From assembly GCA_964576435.1 (NCBI GenBank), contig CAZNUP010000002.1, positions 1 through 40,111 of the forward strand: DNA of 40,111 nt, in the 5' to 3' direction. A model generated the notes under the pieces. The model saw only the letters and a list, made by a program, of their open reading frames with translations. It did no database searches and was not told the DNA's origin. The position numbers and the translations under genes are program-made. Every line of letters begins with the position of its first letter. Position 1 is the stretch's first letter. The stretch is from an uncultured Gammaproteobacteria bacterium (lineage in GTDB: Bacteria > Patescibacteriota > Microgenomatia > JAMCZE01). Shown one piece after another: positions 17,449-25,619 of the stretch.

Positions 17449-17476
17449 TTGACAGTCCATGAAAACATGATATAAA
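17449..17476 (+). promoter_or_regulatory. Candidate strong sigma70-type promoter
   Basis: TTGACA (17449-17454), a 16-nt spacer, then TATAAA (17471-17476) preceded by TGa (extended -10). Confidence 0.45.
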
Positions 17477-17509
17477 TTGTCGTAACAACATAAATTTTTT
17501 TAACTGTCT

Positions 17510-17665
17510 ATGGCATTTCGAGCAAATTTCTGGAAAAAATTTAAAAGAATAATTCTTCGAAAGAGAGAACTCCTTAAAACTCGTGAGACAAGAAGTGTCT
17601 ATTCGCAGCAAATTGGTCAACTTCTTAAAAATTCTGATAATCAAATAGTTAAGATGACAAGTTGA
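17510..17665 (+). CDS. Possible small basic protein (51 aa)
   Basis: My own translation gives MAFRANFWKKFKRIILRKRELLKTRETRSVYSQQIGQLLKNSDNQIVKMTS. It starts about 27 nt after the predicted TSS and ends 1 nt before the next ORF. It is too short for the supplied ORF track. Confidence 0.25.
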   Translation: MAFRANFWKKFKRIILRKRELLKTRETRSVYSQQIGQLLKNSDNQIVKMTS

Positions 17666-17666
17666 T

Positions 17667-17933
17667 ATGTTAGAAAAATCTACAAACCTTGCCTTACCAA
17701 TTCGCGGGAGATTAAATTTCGATAAGGATGTGGCAAATGCATTTTTACAAGCTGAATTACATACTCCGATTAGGACTCTTGTTAAAGGCAAACCAATTGA
17801 ATATGTGATTGATTATAAAGCAGGAAGTGGGACTAAATCGGGATTTCGTGTTACTGATGGAAATAATAACGAAGCGTATACTTACAGTTTTATAGAAAGA
17901 GCAGACTGGTGGGTTTTGGATTCCAACCAATAA
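17667..17933 (+). CDS. Hypothetical protein (88 aa)
   Basis: ORF followed immediately by a long hairpin (17937-17977). It reads as more protein-like than the antisense ORF 17432..17791. Confidence 0.45.
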   Translation: MLEKSTNLALPIRGRLNFDKDVANAFLQAELHTPIRTLVKGKPIEYVIDYKAGSGTKSGFRVTDGNNNEAYTYSFIERADWWVLDSNQ

Positions 17934-18026
17934 AAAAGCATCACTTCCGCAGCCTGAGAGTCTCGAAAAGTGATGCTTCTAATTAATCTTTTTGGCTTCT
18001 AGGCAGTAGAAGTCAAAAAAATCTTA
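17932..18026 (-). ncRNA. Candidate small RNA (about 95 nt, two hairpins plus U-run)
   Basis: On the - strand, a promoter TTGACA-17-TAAAAC (18061-18033) is followed by hairpin 18014-17994. Next comes a 10-bp stem hairpin 17977-17937 followed directly by UUUUUU (17937-17932). There is no ORF. Confidence 0.3.
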
Positions 18027-18032
18027 AATACA

Positions 18033-18061
18033 GTTTTAAACTGCCATGAAATACTTGTCAA
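18033..18061 (-). promoter_or_regulatory. Candidate promoter of the putative sRNA
   Basis: On the - strand, TTGACA (18061-18056), a 17-nt spacer, then TAAAAC (18038-18033). Confidence 0.3.
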
Positions 18062-18249
18062 ATGTTTTTTCACGCTCGCTAAAGTTTGAAAAGACCATTG
18101 GGACAATGTAATTCATTAACCATGTGGGTTGCTAGAATTTTAGTACTCAATAGTTAGTGTTTGGGCTTTTAGGAATTTGCGAACGATATGGGTTTCAAGA
18201 CTTGGGCAGGGTCTTGGAGCCCGTAGCGTTCACAAACACAACTTTAATA

Positions 18250-18278
18250 TTGACAAAGAACCAAGAAGGAGAGATAAT
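18250..18278 (+). promoter_or_regulatory. Candidate rho promoter
   Basis: TTGACA (18250-18255), a 17-nt spacer, then GATAAT (18273-18278). The first ATG of the rho frame (18313) lies about 27 nt after the predicted TSS. Confidence 0.45.
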
Positions 18279-18312
18279 TACTTTTGATTTAGGTTTCTCC
18301 TCAAAAACGGTT

Positions 18313-19818
18313 ATGGCCTCAAGTTCAGGAAGTTCCACATCACAAAAGGTGCGTCGACCAGTCATTAATGGAGGGTCTGTCAAAAGACCAGAGCCAGTGT
18401 CTTCTGGTGCAACTAGTGCAACGCCAATTAATATTGACGATTTAGTAGGAGCTCCTGTAGCTACCACACCTGAGTCAAAACCAACTCCGGTTCAACCTGT
18501 GCAACCCGTTTCTATGGAAGTTCCACCACCAATGGAAGCGCCAGGGGGATACAATAATCGACCTCAACATAACAATAATAGGGGTCAAAATAATAATTTT
18601 AATAACAACAATAACTTTAATAACAATAATAATTTCAACGGCAACAATAATAACAACTTTAATCAGCAACCTAGAACCGTGCACACACACGACCTTAATG
18701 ATGCTTCTATTCAAACTATGAATCTATCTGGAATTTTGGACCAAACTCCAGAAGGGCATGGCTATTTGAGACCAAAATTCACTCCATCGGATTCAGATGT
18801 CTATATTTCCTCATCTCAAATTAGGAGATTTAATCTTAGGCCTGGAGATATGGTTGAGGGAGTGGGGAGACCACCAAAAGAAAGTGAGAGATATTATGGT
18901 CTACTTCGGGTTGACAAAATTAATGGACTTGCCGCAGATCAACTTGGAGAAAGACCAAAGTTTGATGACTTAGTACCAATTTACCCTGATAAAGCGTTGA
19001 AATTAGAAACTGGACCCGAGCCACTCTCTACAAGAATCATTGATTTGATTGCTCCAATTGGAAGAGGGCAAAGAGGAATGATTGTGTCACCTCCTAAAGC
19101 TGGAAAAACATGGCTTTTAAAAGATCTTGCTAACTCAATTTCGACAAATTACCCTGATTATCACCTTATGATTGCTCTTGTTGGTGAGAGACCAGAAGAA
19201 GTTACTGATATCCAAAGAAGCACAAAAGCTGAGGTTATAGCCTCAAATTTCGATCAACCAGCCTCGGATCAGGTTCGGGTGGCAGAAGTTACTTTAGAGA
19301 GAGCAAAGAGATTAGTTGAGCAAGGGAAAGACGTAGTAATCCTTTTGGATTCAATTACCAGACTAGCTCGAGCTTACAATATGGCAGTGCCACCATCTGG
19401 TAGAACTCTTTCTGGAGGATTTGATCCAGCCGCTTTATTCCCACCAAAGAAGTTTTTAGGAGCAGCAAGATGCGTTGAAGACGGAGGATCACTAACCATT
19501 ATTGGAACTGCTCTTGTTAACACTGATTCAAGGATGGATGATCTCATTTACGAAGAATTTAAAGGAACTGGGAACATGGAACTTCATCTTGATCGCAAGA
19601 TGGCTGAGAAGAGAATTTATCCAGCTATTGATGTTGGAAGAAGTGGAACTCGCAATTTTGAGCGTATGTTTGACCTGGAAACCCTTAAAAAACTGGATAC
19701 TCTTATTAAAATGCTTCATCTTTTGTCAGATGAAGAAAGAACACAAGTGCTTGTTGATAGACTTGCAAAGACAAAAGATAACGCGGAATTTTTGGAATCT
19801 CTCTCCATGGGAGCCTAG
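18313..19818 (+). CDS. rho: Transcription termination factor Rho with a disordered, Asn-rich N-terminal region
   Basis: Rho CSD-like RNA-binding domain (GHGYLRP...YISSSQIRRFNLRPGDMVEG...ERYYGLLRV), Walker A GRGQRGMIVSPPKAGKT, and Q/R-loop regions. The frame is open from GTG 18157. I prefer ATG 18313 because a near-consensus promoter lies at 18250-18278. Confidence 0.9.
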   Translation: MASSSGSSTSQKVRRPVINGGSVKRPEPVSSGATSATPINIDDLVGAPVATTPESKPTPVQPVQPVSMEVPPPMEAPGGYNNRPQHNNNRGQNNNFNNNNNFNNNNNFNGNNNNNFNQQPRTVHTHDLNDASIQTMNLSGILDQTPEGHGYLRPKFTPSDSDVYISSSQIRRFNLRPGDMVEGVGRPPKESERYYGLLRVDKINGLAADQLGERPKFDDLVPIYPDKALKLETGPEPLSTRIIDLIAPIGRGQRGMIVSPPKAGKTWLLKDLANSISTNYPDYHLMIALVGERPEEVTDIQRSTKAEVIASNFDQPASDQVRVAEVTLERAKRLVEQGKDVVILLDSITRLARAYNMAVPPSGRTLSGGFDPAALFPPKKFLGAARCVEDGGSLTIIGTALVNTDSRMDDLIYEEFKGTGNMELHLDRKMAEKRIYPAIDVGRSGTRNFERMFDLETLKKLDTLIKMLHLLSDEERTQVLVDRLAKTKDNAEFLESLSMGA

Positions 19819-19872
19819 ATCCTGGGCTAATTTGACACCAATTTATTAATATTGTAATCTTCCAAAGTCCCT

Positions 19873-20985
19873 ATGCTTAGACAGATCAGATCGGATTTCT
19901 TGGAGTTTGGGAAAACACTAGGGTGGTACTCAGGCCGTAAAGCGCGCTATTTTGCTTCCTTTTTTGAATCTGGTAAGGCAGTTTTTGTTGATGTTTTGAA
20001 GGCAAGAAGGGGAACATATCAGAAGCCATTTTTACACGTAGGAATGGTTTTACTTCTTATTACTGGAGTTTTGACGGGCCCACTTATTATTAACCAGTAC
20101 CCAACAGCAGCTAATGCGGAATCGGTGACTTCGGCTCTTTCTCCATCTGCAATTTTAAATAATCAGGCGGATATTACTAACATTGACACTGTTACTAAGG
20201 AATCTGAGAAACCACGTCGAGATATTATCGAATACACCGTTCAAGGAGGGGATACTCTTTCTTCAATTGCTAAGAAATTTAGTCAGAAAAATGACCCAAT
20301 GGACGTTGATTCCATTGCGTATTTGAATAATTTTTCAGATAGCAAAATACTTAAACCTGGAGATGTAATTAAAATCCCGCCAACAGCTGGAGTAATTGTT
20401 GATGTAAAAAGTGGAGATACGATTTATTCACTGGCTAAAAAATATGGTCTTCCATCAGCCCAGCCAATTGTTGATTGGCCATATAATTCATTTGTTGATG
20501 ATGAGAAATTTAGTTTAGCCTCTGGGCAAACTTTAGTTATTCCAGGGGGACGAGCTCCAGCTGTAGTTCAAATTATGCCTTCTGCTCCAAGATCAACTCC
20601 TGGATCTGGGATATTTACACCAGGAAATGGTCAATTCAGTTGGCCAGTTCAAGGACTTATCACTCAATATTTTGCTTGGTATCACACTGGTATTGATATT
20701 GCCGGACCTATTGGAACTGCTGTTACTGCGGCTGATTCAGGAAGAGTTGTGTCAGCACTTTATGACAACTATGGTTATGGTTATCATGTAATCATCGATC
20801 ATGGAAATGGTTATCAAACACTTTATGGACATTTATCGAGAATCGACGTGGGAGCTGGGCAAAATGTATCTCGTGGACAACAGCTTGGACTTCGCGGGTC
20901 AACTGGAAGATCAACAGGACCTCACGTTCACTTTGAAGTCAGAAGAGGTGGCGCATTCCAAAATCCAATGGAGTTTTTGAGATAA
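19873..20985 (+). CDS. LysM-domain M23 family metallopeptidase
   Basis: One TM helix and two LysM repeats (YTVQGGDTLSSIAKKF, VKSGDTIYSLAKKYG). M23 motifs are HTGIDIAGPIGT and GSTGRSTGPHVHFEV. Confidence 0.9.
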   Translation: MLRQIRSDFLEFGKTLGWYSGRKARYFASFFESGKAVFVDVLKARRGTYQKPFLHVGMVLLLITGVLTGPLIINQYPTAANAESVTSALSPSAILNNQADITNIDTVTKESEKPRRDIIEYTVQGGDTLSSIAKKFSQKNDPMDVDSIAYLNNFSDSKILKPGDVIKIPPTAGVIVDVKSGDTIYSLAKKYGLPSAQPIVDWPYNSFVDDEKFSLASGQTLVIPGGRAPAVVQIMPSAPRSTPGSGIFTPGNGQFSWPVQGLITQYFAWYHTGIDIAGPIGTAVTAADSGRVVSALYDNYGYGYHVIIDHGNGYQTLYGHLSRIDVGAGQNVSRGQQLGLRGSTGRSTGPHVHFEVRRGGAFQNPMEFLR

Positions 20986-21040
20986 CTTCTAAACCGTATT
21001 TAGGTTTTTAAGGTCAACTTCTTGTATAATTTCCAAAGTA

Positions 21041-21111
21041 GGGCCATTAGTACAGTGGTAATACACGTCATTCGCATTGACGAAGCGCCGGTCCGATTCC
21101 GGCATGGTCCA
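21041..21111 (+). tRNA. tRNA-Ala (anticodon CGC)
   Basis: Hand-folded cloverleaf with acceptor GGGCCAU/AUGGUCC including G3:U70 (the Ala identity pair). The anticodon arm is CGUCA-UUCGCAU-UGACG and the T arm GCCGG-UCCGAUU-CCGGC. GG is present in the D loop, and CCA is not fully encoded. The T loop reads UCC instead of the usual UUC. Confidence 0.8.
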
Positions 21112-21114
21112 CCT

Positions 21115-21336
21115 ATGAATGAATTTCTAACAAAGACAATTGAAGCCTTTAATGAAGCAGAAGGAACTACTGATAGACAGGATGCGAGATCGAGGTTTCA
21201 GAGAACAATTTTTCTTGCTAGTATTGCATTGAATTTAATTCCTAAGGAATATCCTAGATCAAAAAGACTCGCTATTCTTTTGAGGACTAAAGCGTTGCTA
21301 AGAGTCGATAAAATACCTTTTGAAATCAAAGAGTAA
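21115..21336 (+). CDS. Hypothetical protein (73 aa)
   Basis: This is the part of ORF 21022..21336 that does not overlap the tRNA, starting at ATG 21115 (MNEFLTK...). Confidence 0.35.
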   Translation: MNEFLTKTIEAFNEAEGTTDRQDARSRFQRTIFLASIALNLIPKEYPRSKRLAILLRTKALLRVDKIPFEIKE

Positions 21337-21368
21337 TTAGCCCATTAGGACATTGCCTTATTAGCGTT

Positions 21369-21812
21369 ATGAAAATTAAAATTAAAAGAATTGATAAGGA
21401 TCTACCTCTTCCGACTAAGATTCCTGGCGCTGCGGGATACAACTTGTATTCGAGAAATAAAGTTAATATTGCTCCAAAAGAAATTAAATTGGTTTCTACC
21501 AATTTAATAATTAAGCTACCTGATGGCTACTTTCTTATGATAGCTAATCGGAGCAGTACACCAATTAGCAAGGGTTTAATTGTGGCTAATGGTGTCGGGA
21601 TTGGTGATCCTTTTTACTGCGGGGATAAAGATGAAATTCTAATAGAATTTATGAATATTACTGATCATGATGTGGTCATTGATAGAGGGGAGAAATTAGC
21701 TCAAGCTTTGGTTATTAAGTATGAGAGCCCAGATTGGTTAGAAGTTGTAGAAATGGGAGAAGAGGGCGTGGGTGGCTACAAGCTTGTTAATGGCAAACCA
21801 ATGATTGATTAA
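21369..21812 (+). CDS. dut: dUTP diphosphatase (dUTPase)
   Basis: 147 aa with AAGYNLYS, NRSSTPISKGL, and GVGIGDPFYCGD (the dUTPase motif 3-like G.ID..Y.G pattern). Confidence 0.8.
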   Translation: MKIKIKRIDKDLPLPTKIPGAAGYNLYSRNKVNIAPKEIKLVSTNLIIKLPDGYFLMIANRSSTPISKGLIVANGVGIGDPFYCGDKDEILIEFMNITDHDVVIDRGEKLAQALVIKYESPDWLEVVEMGEEGVGGYKLVNGKPMID

Positions 21813-21842
21813 TGGAAGTGGGGGTAGAAAGATATACTAACA

Positions 21843-22442
21843 ATGACAGAATCTCGTCACGCAGTCATGATTGTCAGGGGACTTAACGATCAAAGAGAAG
21901 GAATTTATGAGAGGTTGATTGGGTTTGGCGGTTGGGAGAAAGATGGACTTACACCTTTCGTCTATAGACCAAACTGGCATGATGGTGAGGATTTTAAAGA
22001 AAAACTTAAAAAAGGACTCCAAGAAATAGAAAAACTTCATGATCAATATGGGAGGGTTTCTGTGGTTGGATGTAGTGCTGGGGGATCTTTTGCCGGAAAC
22101 ATGTTTGGTGAAAGCAAATTAGCTCATAAAATGGTGAATAATTGCGGGAGAATGCGTAAAGGAGAAGTTTTTGGATTCAGAGGCTTTATTAAGAGAACTG
22201 CAACGAGTTATCCATTTGCTCAGTCAGTAGTCTATTTTGAGGAAAGCATCGAACCAAATTTAACAACTTATCAAAGGGGTAATATTATGACTATTACGCC
22301 ACTTTTGGGTGACGAACTTGTTCCTGCTAACACAGTACTTATTAGAGGTGCAAGAAATATTACTTTACCCTTAATAGAACATGGTTTTACAATTGCAGCT
22401 GGACTTTTTTCGAGACAAGTTAGAGAATTTTTGAAAACATGA
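21843..22442 (+). CDS. Alpha/beta-hydrolase-like protein (putative serine hydrolase)
   Basis: Nucleophile elbow VVGCSAGGS (GxSxG), with candidate Asp (GDELV) and His (IEHG) downstream. Confidence 0.6.
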   Translation: MTESRHAVMIVRGLNDQREGIYERLIGFGGWEKDGLTPFVYRPNWHDGEDFKEKLKKGLQEIEKLHDQYGRVSVVGCSAGGSFAGNMFGESKLAHKMVNNCGRMRKGEVFGFRGFIKRTATSYPFAQSVVYFEESIEPNLTTYQRGNIMTITPLLGDELVPANTVLIRGARNITLPLIEHGFTIAAGLFSRQVREFLKT

Positions 22443-23095
22443 CCGAATCAAAACTTAAAGAAAGAAAAGAAAGAATCCTCAAAATTATAAAAGTATTGCA
22501 TGAACTTTTTCCGGAAGCTCAGACTGAACTTCACTATTCAACCCCATGGGAACTTTTAGTTGCTGTGCAACTTTCTGCACAGTCAACTGATGTTCAGGTG
22601 AATAAAGTGACTGAGAAACTTTTTAAAAAGTATCCCAAATTTGAAGACTATTTAAATGCTGATTCTGCTCAATTTACTAAAGATATTTCTTCTGTAAATT
22701 TTTTTCAGAATAAAGCGAAAAATATTTTAGCGGCTGCTAAACAGTTAAAGGATGGAAAACTTCCTGATACTATGGAAGAACTTGTGAAACTTCCTGGAGT
22801 TGCCAGGAAAACAGGAAATGTGATTTTGGGTCAGATTTACCACAAAGCGGAAGGAATTGTAGTTGATACGCATGTAATTAGGTTATCTCAGAAATTCGAT
22901 TTAACTGATTTTAAAGATGCAGTTAAAATTGAAAAAGACATAATGGAAATTATTTCCAAATCGGAGTGGATTTTTTTTGGAAACGCTTTAGTTTGGTATG
23001 GTAGGAGAATTTGTCCTGCTAGACTTCATGATTGCAGTGGGCATCCATTAACAAAAATTTATCCCCCTGCAGCCAATATCTGGCCTAAGAAGTAA
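22439..23095 (+). CDS. nth: Endonuclease III family HhH-GPD glycosylase with an incomplete Fe-S cluster loop
   Basis: HhH LVKLPGVARKTGNVILG (catalytic Lys) and VDTHVIRLS (catalytic Asp). The C-terminus reads C-x6-C-SG-H with no further Cys. ATGA overlap with the upstream gene. Confidence 0.85.
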   Translation: MTESKLKERKERILKIIKVLHELFPEAQTELHYSTPWELLVAVQLSAQSTDVQVNKVTEKLFKKYPKFEDYLNADSAQFTKDISSVNFFQNKAKNILAAAKQLKDGKLPDTMEELVKLPGVARKTGNVILGQIYHKAEGIVVDTHVIRLSQKFDLTDFKDAVKIEKDIMEIISKSEWIFFGNALVWYGRRICPARLHDCSGHPLTKIYPPAANIWPKK

Positions 23096-23120
23096 TTATT
23101 TGGTAGAATCGACTTCATAA

Positions 23121-23191
23121 GGGCCCATAGGCTATCGGTAAACTGCCTCCATGGCATGGAGGATTGCGGGGTTCAATTCCCCGTGGGTCCA
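23121..23191 (+). tRNA. tRNA-Ala (anticodon GGC)
   Basis: Acceptor GGGCCCA/UGGGUCC with G3:U70. The anticodon arm is CCUCC-AUGGCAU-GGAGG and the T arm CGGGG-UUCAAUU-CCCCG. CCA is not encoded. Confidence 0.85.
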
Positions 23192-23365
23192 CAAATATTT
23201 TTAATAGAGAACTTCAAATAGATTCTTTTCGAATTTAATTTCAATTAGTTTTAGTTTGTCTTATGTCTTTTTTGCATACTTACTTATTTCAAATTTTTAA
23301 CTTTAAACATACTTAAAACTTGGTTCATCTTATTTTTATTGTTGCAACAATTTATTTTTGACTAC

Positions 23366-23394
23366 TAGACAACACTCTTAAACTTCCATAAAAT
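23366..23394 (+). promoter_or_regulatory. Candidate glgA promoter
   Basis: TAGACA, a 17-nt spacer, then TAAAAT. The ATG lies only 10 nt after the -10 box, implying a very short leader. Confidence 0.3.
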
Positions 23395-23403
23395 ATTTTC
23401 GCT

Positions 23404-24942
23404 ATGGCCAGACCCCTCAAAGTTCTATTTGTTTCTGCAGAAGTTGCACCATATTCCTCCGTTGGAGGACTATCTCAAGTTGCGTATTTCCTTTCGCTTG
23501 CTTTAATCAAAAAAGGAATTGATATCCGCATTTTTACTCCTAAATACGGAATCATCGACCAGAAAAAATATCCAATGACTGATGTTATTTCGGGGATGGG
23601 TGTGCCAACAGGGGAACCGGAAGGATCTGATAAACCAAGAGAACTTATTTCCAATGTCAAAATGCACAATGAAAAGAAAAAAACTGTGCCAACTGTTTAT
23701 TTTTTAGAAAACCAAGAATATTTTGAACAGAGAGCTAATGTTTATGGATATAACGATGATCACATTAGGTTTGCGCTCCTTTCAAGAGGAGCACTTGAGT
23801 TTGTTAGAATGGGGTATTTTGAACCGGATGTGATCCATGTTAACGATTGGCACACAGGATACCTTCTAGACTATCTACATCAAGCGAGAAAAGACATTCC
23901 AAGACTTAGGGATGTTGCTAGTTTACTTTCGATGCACAACCTTTATCAAGGAACATTTGATTTCAAAAATGCAAGTGAAATGGATTTTGATGATGGCAAA
24001 AGTGTGCTGCAGCCATTTTTCTCAGAAAGATTTATGAAGCAGAACCCACTTAAGAGGGCAATTATGTATTCAGACATTATGAATACAGTGTCTGAGACAT
24101 ATGCCCAGCAGATTTTGACTGATGAATACGGGAATGGACTACAAAATCTTTTGAAGGAACTTAGGGGAAAACTATTCGGGGTTTTAAATGGAATTGATTA
24201 TAACGATTTTAATCCTCAATCTGATCCAATTATTAAAGCTGGGTTTAGTTCAAACAATTTGAAACCTAGAATTCAAGACAAAATGGATCTTGTTAAGCAG
24301 TTTGGACTGGAAAAAGGGGAAGAGAGACCGCTTGTGGTTTTTTGGGGAAGGTTTGACGATCAAAAAGGAGTTGGACTAATTTGCGAAACAATTAAGTTTC
24401 TTTTAGATGAACTTGATATTAATTTCTTAGCTCTTGGACCAACAAGTAATGATTATTACAGAGATTTCTTCACAAACTTAGAAAAAGAAAATCCAGGACG
24501 AGTTGGGTCACACATTATGTTTGATGCTCAACTTGCCAGGAAATTTATGGCGGGAGCGGATATTGCTCTTTTCCCATCAAAGTACGAGCCAGGAGGCATC
24601 ATGGCACTTGAGGCGATGCATTACGGACTGGTACCAGTTGTTAGAAACACTGGGGGACTTGCTGATTCGGTTGTTGATTATGACCCAGAAAAAAATGTCG
24701 GCACAGGATTTAAATTTAATAAATTTACGAGAGAGGGATTCTTAGTTGCTGTGGTCCGTGCTTTGGAAACATTTAGGAATAAGAAAGAGTGGGGGAAGAT
24801 TATGAGAAGGGGAATGGAAAGAGATTTTTCTTGGAGCAAAACTGCCGAGCAATATATTGATCTTTACAATCGGGCTGTTGAAATTAGAACTGAGGCAAAC
24901 TCAGATAATCCTCCAAGGGCGTTTAGACAGGAATTTAGTTAA
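23404..24942 (+). CDS. glgA: Glycogen/starch synthase (GT5)
   Basis: KVLFVSAEVAPYSSVGGLSQV at the N-terminus, HVNDWHTG, and FPSKYEPGGIMALEAMHYG at the C-terminus. Confidence 0.9.
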   Translation: MARPLKVLFVSAEVAPYSSVGGLSQVAYFLSLALIKKGIDIRIFTPKYGIIDQKKYPMTDVISGMGVPTGEPEGSDKPRELISNVKMHNEKKKTVPTVYFLENQEYFEQRANVYGYNDDHIRFALLSRGALEFVRMGYFEPDVIHVNDWHTGYLLDYLHQARKDIPRLRDVASLLSMHNLYQGTFDFKNASEMDFDDGKSVLQPFFSERFMKQNPLKRAIMYSDIMNTVSETYAQQILTDEYGNGLQNLLKELRGKLFGVLNGIDYNDFNPQSDPIIKAGFSSNNLKPRIQDKMDLVKQFGLEKGEERPLVVFWGRFDDQKGVGLICETIKFLLDELDINFLALGPTSNDYYRDFFTNLEKENPGRVGSHIMFDAQLARKFMAGADIALFPSKYEPGGIMALEAMHYGLVPVVRNTGGLADSVVDYDPEKNVGTGFKFNKFTREGFLVAVVRALETFRNKKEWGKIMRRGMERDFSWSKTAEQYIDLYNRAVEIRTEANSDNPPRAFRQEFS

Positions 24943-25619
24943 CGTTTTTTTGGGTTGTATCCTAAATCTATCCTAGCGTTTTCGATATCTAAAAATCTTC
25001 CGGGATTATCAGAAACTGCAAAATAGACTCCAAATTTTACATTTGCTTCAATTGATTTTTGAACAATATCTATAAGGTCATCTTCAAAAAGTTCTACTTT
25101 ATCAAGTTCTGGATCATGCTTTGTATGAGCGGTAGTGTGGCCGATTCTGAGATTGATTGAAGAGATATTAAATAAATCTGAATATGTTCTTCCAATTATC
25201 TCACCAACAACTTTAGAAGCTCCATAGAATTCGTCTGGACGTACAGGATCAAGAGTTGTCAAAAAATCTTGACCTTCAATTGTTTTTGGATAGTTTGGAT
25301 ATTTTCCTATGGTGTGAGTAGAACTAGCAAAGACAACTTTTGGAATAGAGAATTCTTTTGCCATTTCGTAAATATTTCTTGTGCCTTCAATATTATTTTT
25401 TGAAACATTTTCCCAAGAAGCAAAAGGGTAGGGGTCGGCGGCAAAATGAATAATGGAGTCAATTTGTGGGAGCTTGTTAAAGAATTCTCTTAGTCCAACA
25501 ATATCTGAAATGTCTGCCTCGATTTTATCAAGGCCAATCACTTCGTATTTGTTTTTAAGTCCTTCACTTAGAATTTGGCCAAGAATTCCATTTGCACCGG
25601 TAATAAGAACTTTTTTCAT
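24939..25619 (-). CDS. NAD(P)-dependent epimerase/dehydratase family (SDR) protein, short form
   Basis: Rossmann MKKVLITGANGILG and catalytic YGASK (YxxxK). Its stop overlaps the glgA stop inside GTTAAC. Confidence 0.75.
   Translation of the reverse strand: MKKVLITGANGILGQILSEGLKNKYEVIGLDKIEADISDIVGLREFFNKLPQIDSIIHFAADPYPFASWENVSKNNIEGTRNIYEMAKEFSIPKVVFASSTHTIGKYPNYPKTIEGQDFLTTLDPVRPDEFYGASKVVGEIIGRTYSDLFNISSINLRIGHTTAHTKHDPELDKVELFEDDLIDIVQKSIEANVKFGVYFAVSDNPGRFLDIENARIDLGYNPKKR

Noticed and set aside
17932-18026. Possibility that the candidate sRNA is the SRP (4.5S) RNA because of a CGGAAG element.
   Set aside because: The GGAA does not sit as a tetraloop on a conserved domain IV-like helix in the fold that the strong stem imposes. 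The symmetric and asymmetric loop motifs are not recognisable.
18547-18675. AAT/AAC-rich stretch considered as a DNA microsatellite or slipped-strand contingency locus.
   Set aside because: The codons are an imperfect mix of AAT, AAC and TTT/TTC without a pure tandem unit. It is better described as a protein-level low-complexity tract in rho.
21022-21114. N-terminal third of ORF 21022..21336.
   Set aside because: This part of the ORF is the tRNA-Ala(CGC) gene read as protein. Only the portion from ATG 21115 could be coding.
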